A stretch of DNA of 64,000 nucleotides from SAR324 cluster bacterium REDSEA-S27_B3 (lineage in GTDB: Bacteria > SAR324 > NAC60-12): contig LUQO01000013.1 of assembly GCA_001627865.1 (NCBI GenBank), positions 44,714 through 108,713 on the forward strand, given 5' to 3'. A model generated the notes under the pieces. That model did no database searches and was not told the origin of the DNA. It saw only the letters and a list, made by a program, of their open reading frames with translations. The translations under genes were made by a program, and so were the position numbers. Shown here in pieces: positions 62,996 through 64,000 of this stretch (positions are counted from its first letter, which is position 1; each line of letters starts with the position of its first letter).

Positions 62996-64000
62996 ATGGA
63001 TACCGATCCCATCTTAACTATTGATAAAAAATTCTATATCGACAGCCAGCTCTACGAAAAGGAGAAGGAAGCGATAATGATGAAAACCTGGCAATTTGCC
63101 GGTCATAGTTCAAAGCTGTCCGAACCTGGAGACTACTTTACTTTTGAAATTGCGGGGCAGCCGCTGTTTTGTATTAAAGGTACTGATAATGAGATCAGCT
63201 GTTTCTATAATGTCTGCCGACACCGCGCCCATGAACTGCTGAAAGGCGAAGGCAATTGCAAGAGAGCATCTAATTTAATTGTCTGCCCTTATCATGGCTG
63301 GTCCTATAATTTTGATGGCACATTTAAGTCAGGCCCTAACTTTAAAGTGGTTCCCAATCCGGATTTAGATAAATTGTGTTTGACTAAGGTGCGGCTGGAG
63401 AACTTCCTGGGATTTCTCTTTGTTAATCTTGATACTGATTCTAAACCAATGGATGAATGGTTTCCTCAAGTGCGTGAAGAGCTTAGTGATTTTGTTCCGT
63501 TTATTAATCAACTCAAACCAATTAAATGGGTGGAAACCCCCGAGAAATGTAACTGGAAAGTTTCGGTGGAAAATTATTCGGAGTGCTACCATTGCTCTAT
63601 TATTCATAAAACTTTTTCTAAAGGCATCATAAAACCGGCTACTTATAACATTATGCCTCAAGGAAATTGCCTTCGTCACACCACGGAATGCCAGAACCTG
63701 GAACGGATGAGCTATCCGATTGATTTAGAGTCAAACTCTCATGCCGGGGAATATTCTTCCTGGTATTTATGGCCATTATTTTCCTTTCAGGTTTACCCCG
63801 GTAATGTCCTTAATACCTATCATTGGAGGGTGATAGACGTTGAAAACATCACAGTGTGGCGCGGCTGGTACACCATTGACGGTCAACCCTCCGAAATCAT
63901 TGAGAAACTTGCCGTTCAGGACAGAGAAACCACCGTGGAAGAAGATATAGGATTAGTGGAGTCTGTGCAGCGTGGCTTAAAGAGCAAAGGATATGATCAG
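62996..64000 (+). CDS. Rieske non-heme iron oxygenase alpha subunit-like protein (3' end beyond window)
   Basis: Rieske boxes CRHRAHEL...(~19 aa)...CPYHGWSY and downstream mononuclear-iron region. No stop before window end. Confidence 0.7.
   Translation, partial: MDTDPILTIDKKFYIDSQLYEKEKEAIMMKTWQFAGHSSKLSEPGDYFTFEIAGQPLFCIKGTDNEISCFYNVCRHRAHELLKGEGNCKRASNLIVCPYHGWSYNFDGTFKSGPNFKVVPNPDLDKLCLTKVRLENFLGFLFVNLDTDSKPMDEWFPQVREELSDFVPFINQLKPIKWVETPEKCNWKVSVENYSECYHCSIIHKTFSKGIIKPATYNIMPQGNCLRHTTECQNLERMSYPIDLESNSHAGEYSSWYLWPLFSFQVYPGNVLNTYHWRVIDVENITVWRGWYTIDGQPSEIIEKLAVQDRETTVEEDIGLVESVQRGLKSKGYDQ

Overview
This window looks like part of a chromosome of a marine sulfur-oxidising bacterium with moderate GC and several AT-rich blocks.

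The first ~2.7 kb is the 5' end of a large minus-strand type I PKS/PUFA-synthase-like gene (KS-AT didomain). It is followed by tRNA-Asn, a split TPP-dependent (sulfo/phosphono)pyruvate decarboxylase and a two-subunit GMC dehydrogenase.

The central half of the window is dominated by dissimilatory sulfur-oxidation genes:
- A lipoate-assembly module at 8.9-13.6 kb: GcvH-like LbpA1, lipoate/octanoate-protein ligase, two radical-SAM LipS1/LipS2-like proteins, and a second ligase-like paralog.
- A contiguous, co-directional sHdr-type operon at 22.5-35.1 kb: tusA, dsrE3, lbpA2, shdrC1, shdrB1, shdrA, a hypothetical, a fused HdrC/B (HdrD-like) protein, a Rieske-domain protein, etfB, etfA, a membrane-anchored HdrD-like FeS oxidoreductase (EMO-like) and a YeeE/YedE transporter. 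It is preceded by a divergent XRE-cupin regulator.
- A low-GC truncated sox module at 35.3-42.8 kb: beta-propeller lipoprotein, soxY, soxB, soxZ, c-type cytochrome, DUF302, SCO1 and a thioredoxin-DUF255 protein.

At 43.1-47.1 kb there is a protein-thiocarboxylate-type sulfur-carrier system. It contains a MoaD/ThiS-like carrier with a C-terminal extension after GlyGly. Its MoeB/MoeZ-like E1 has an in-frame TGA at the conserved Cys position, followed by a hairpin, so it is a candidate selenoprotein. A rhodanese and a 751-aa JAMM protease fused to a Cys/Met-type PLP enzyme complete the set.

Downstream are the housekeeping genes tyrS and recR, then an expansion of six secreted MORN-repeat paralogs that share a conserved C-terminal motif. 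These are interspersed with nested-palindrome repeat elements and a cupredoxin-like lipoprotein. The window ends with an MmgE/PrpD-family protein and the 5' end of a Rieske oxygenase alpha subunit.

No transposases, CRISPR arrays or rRNAs were seen.
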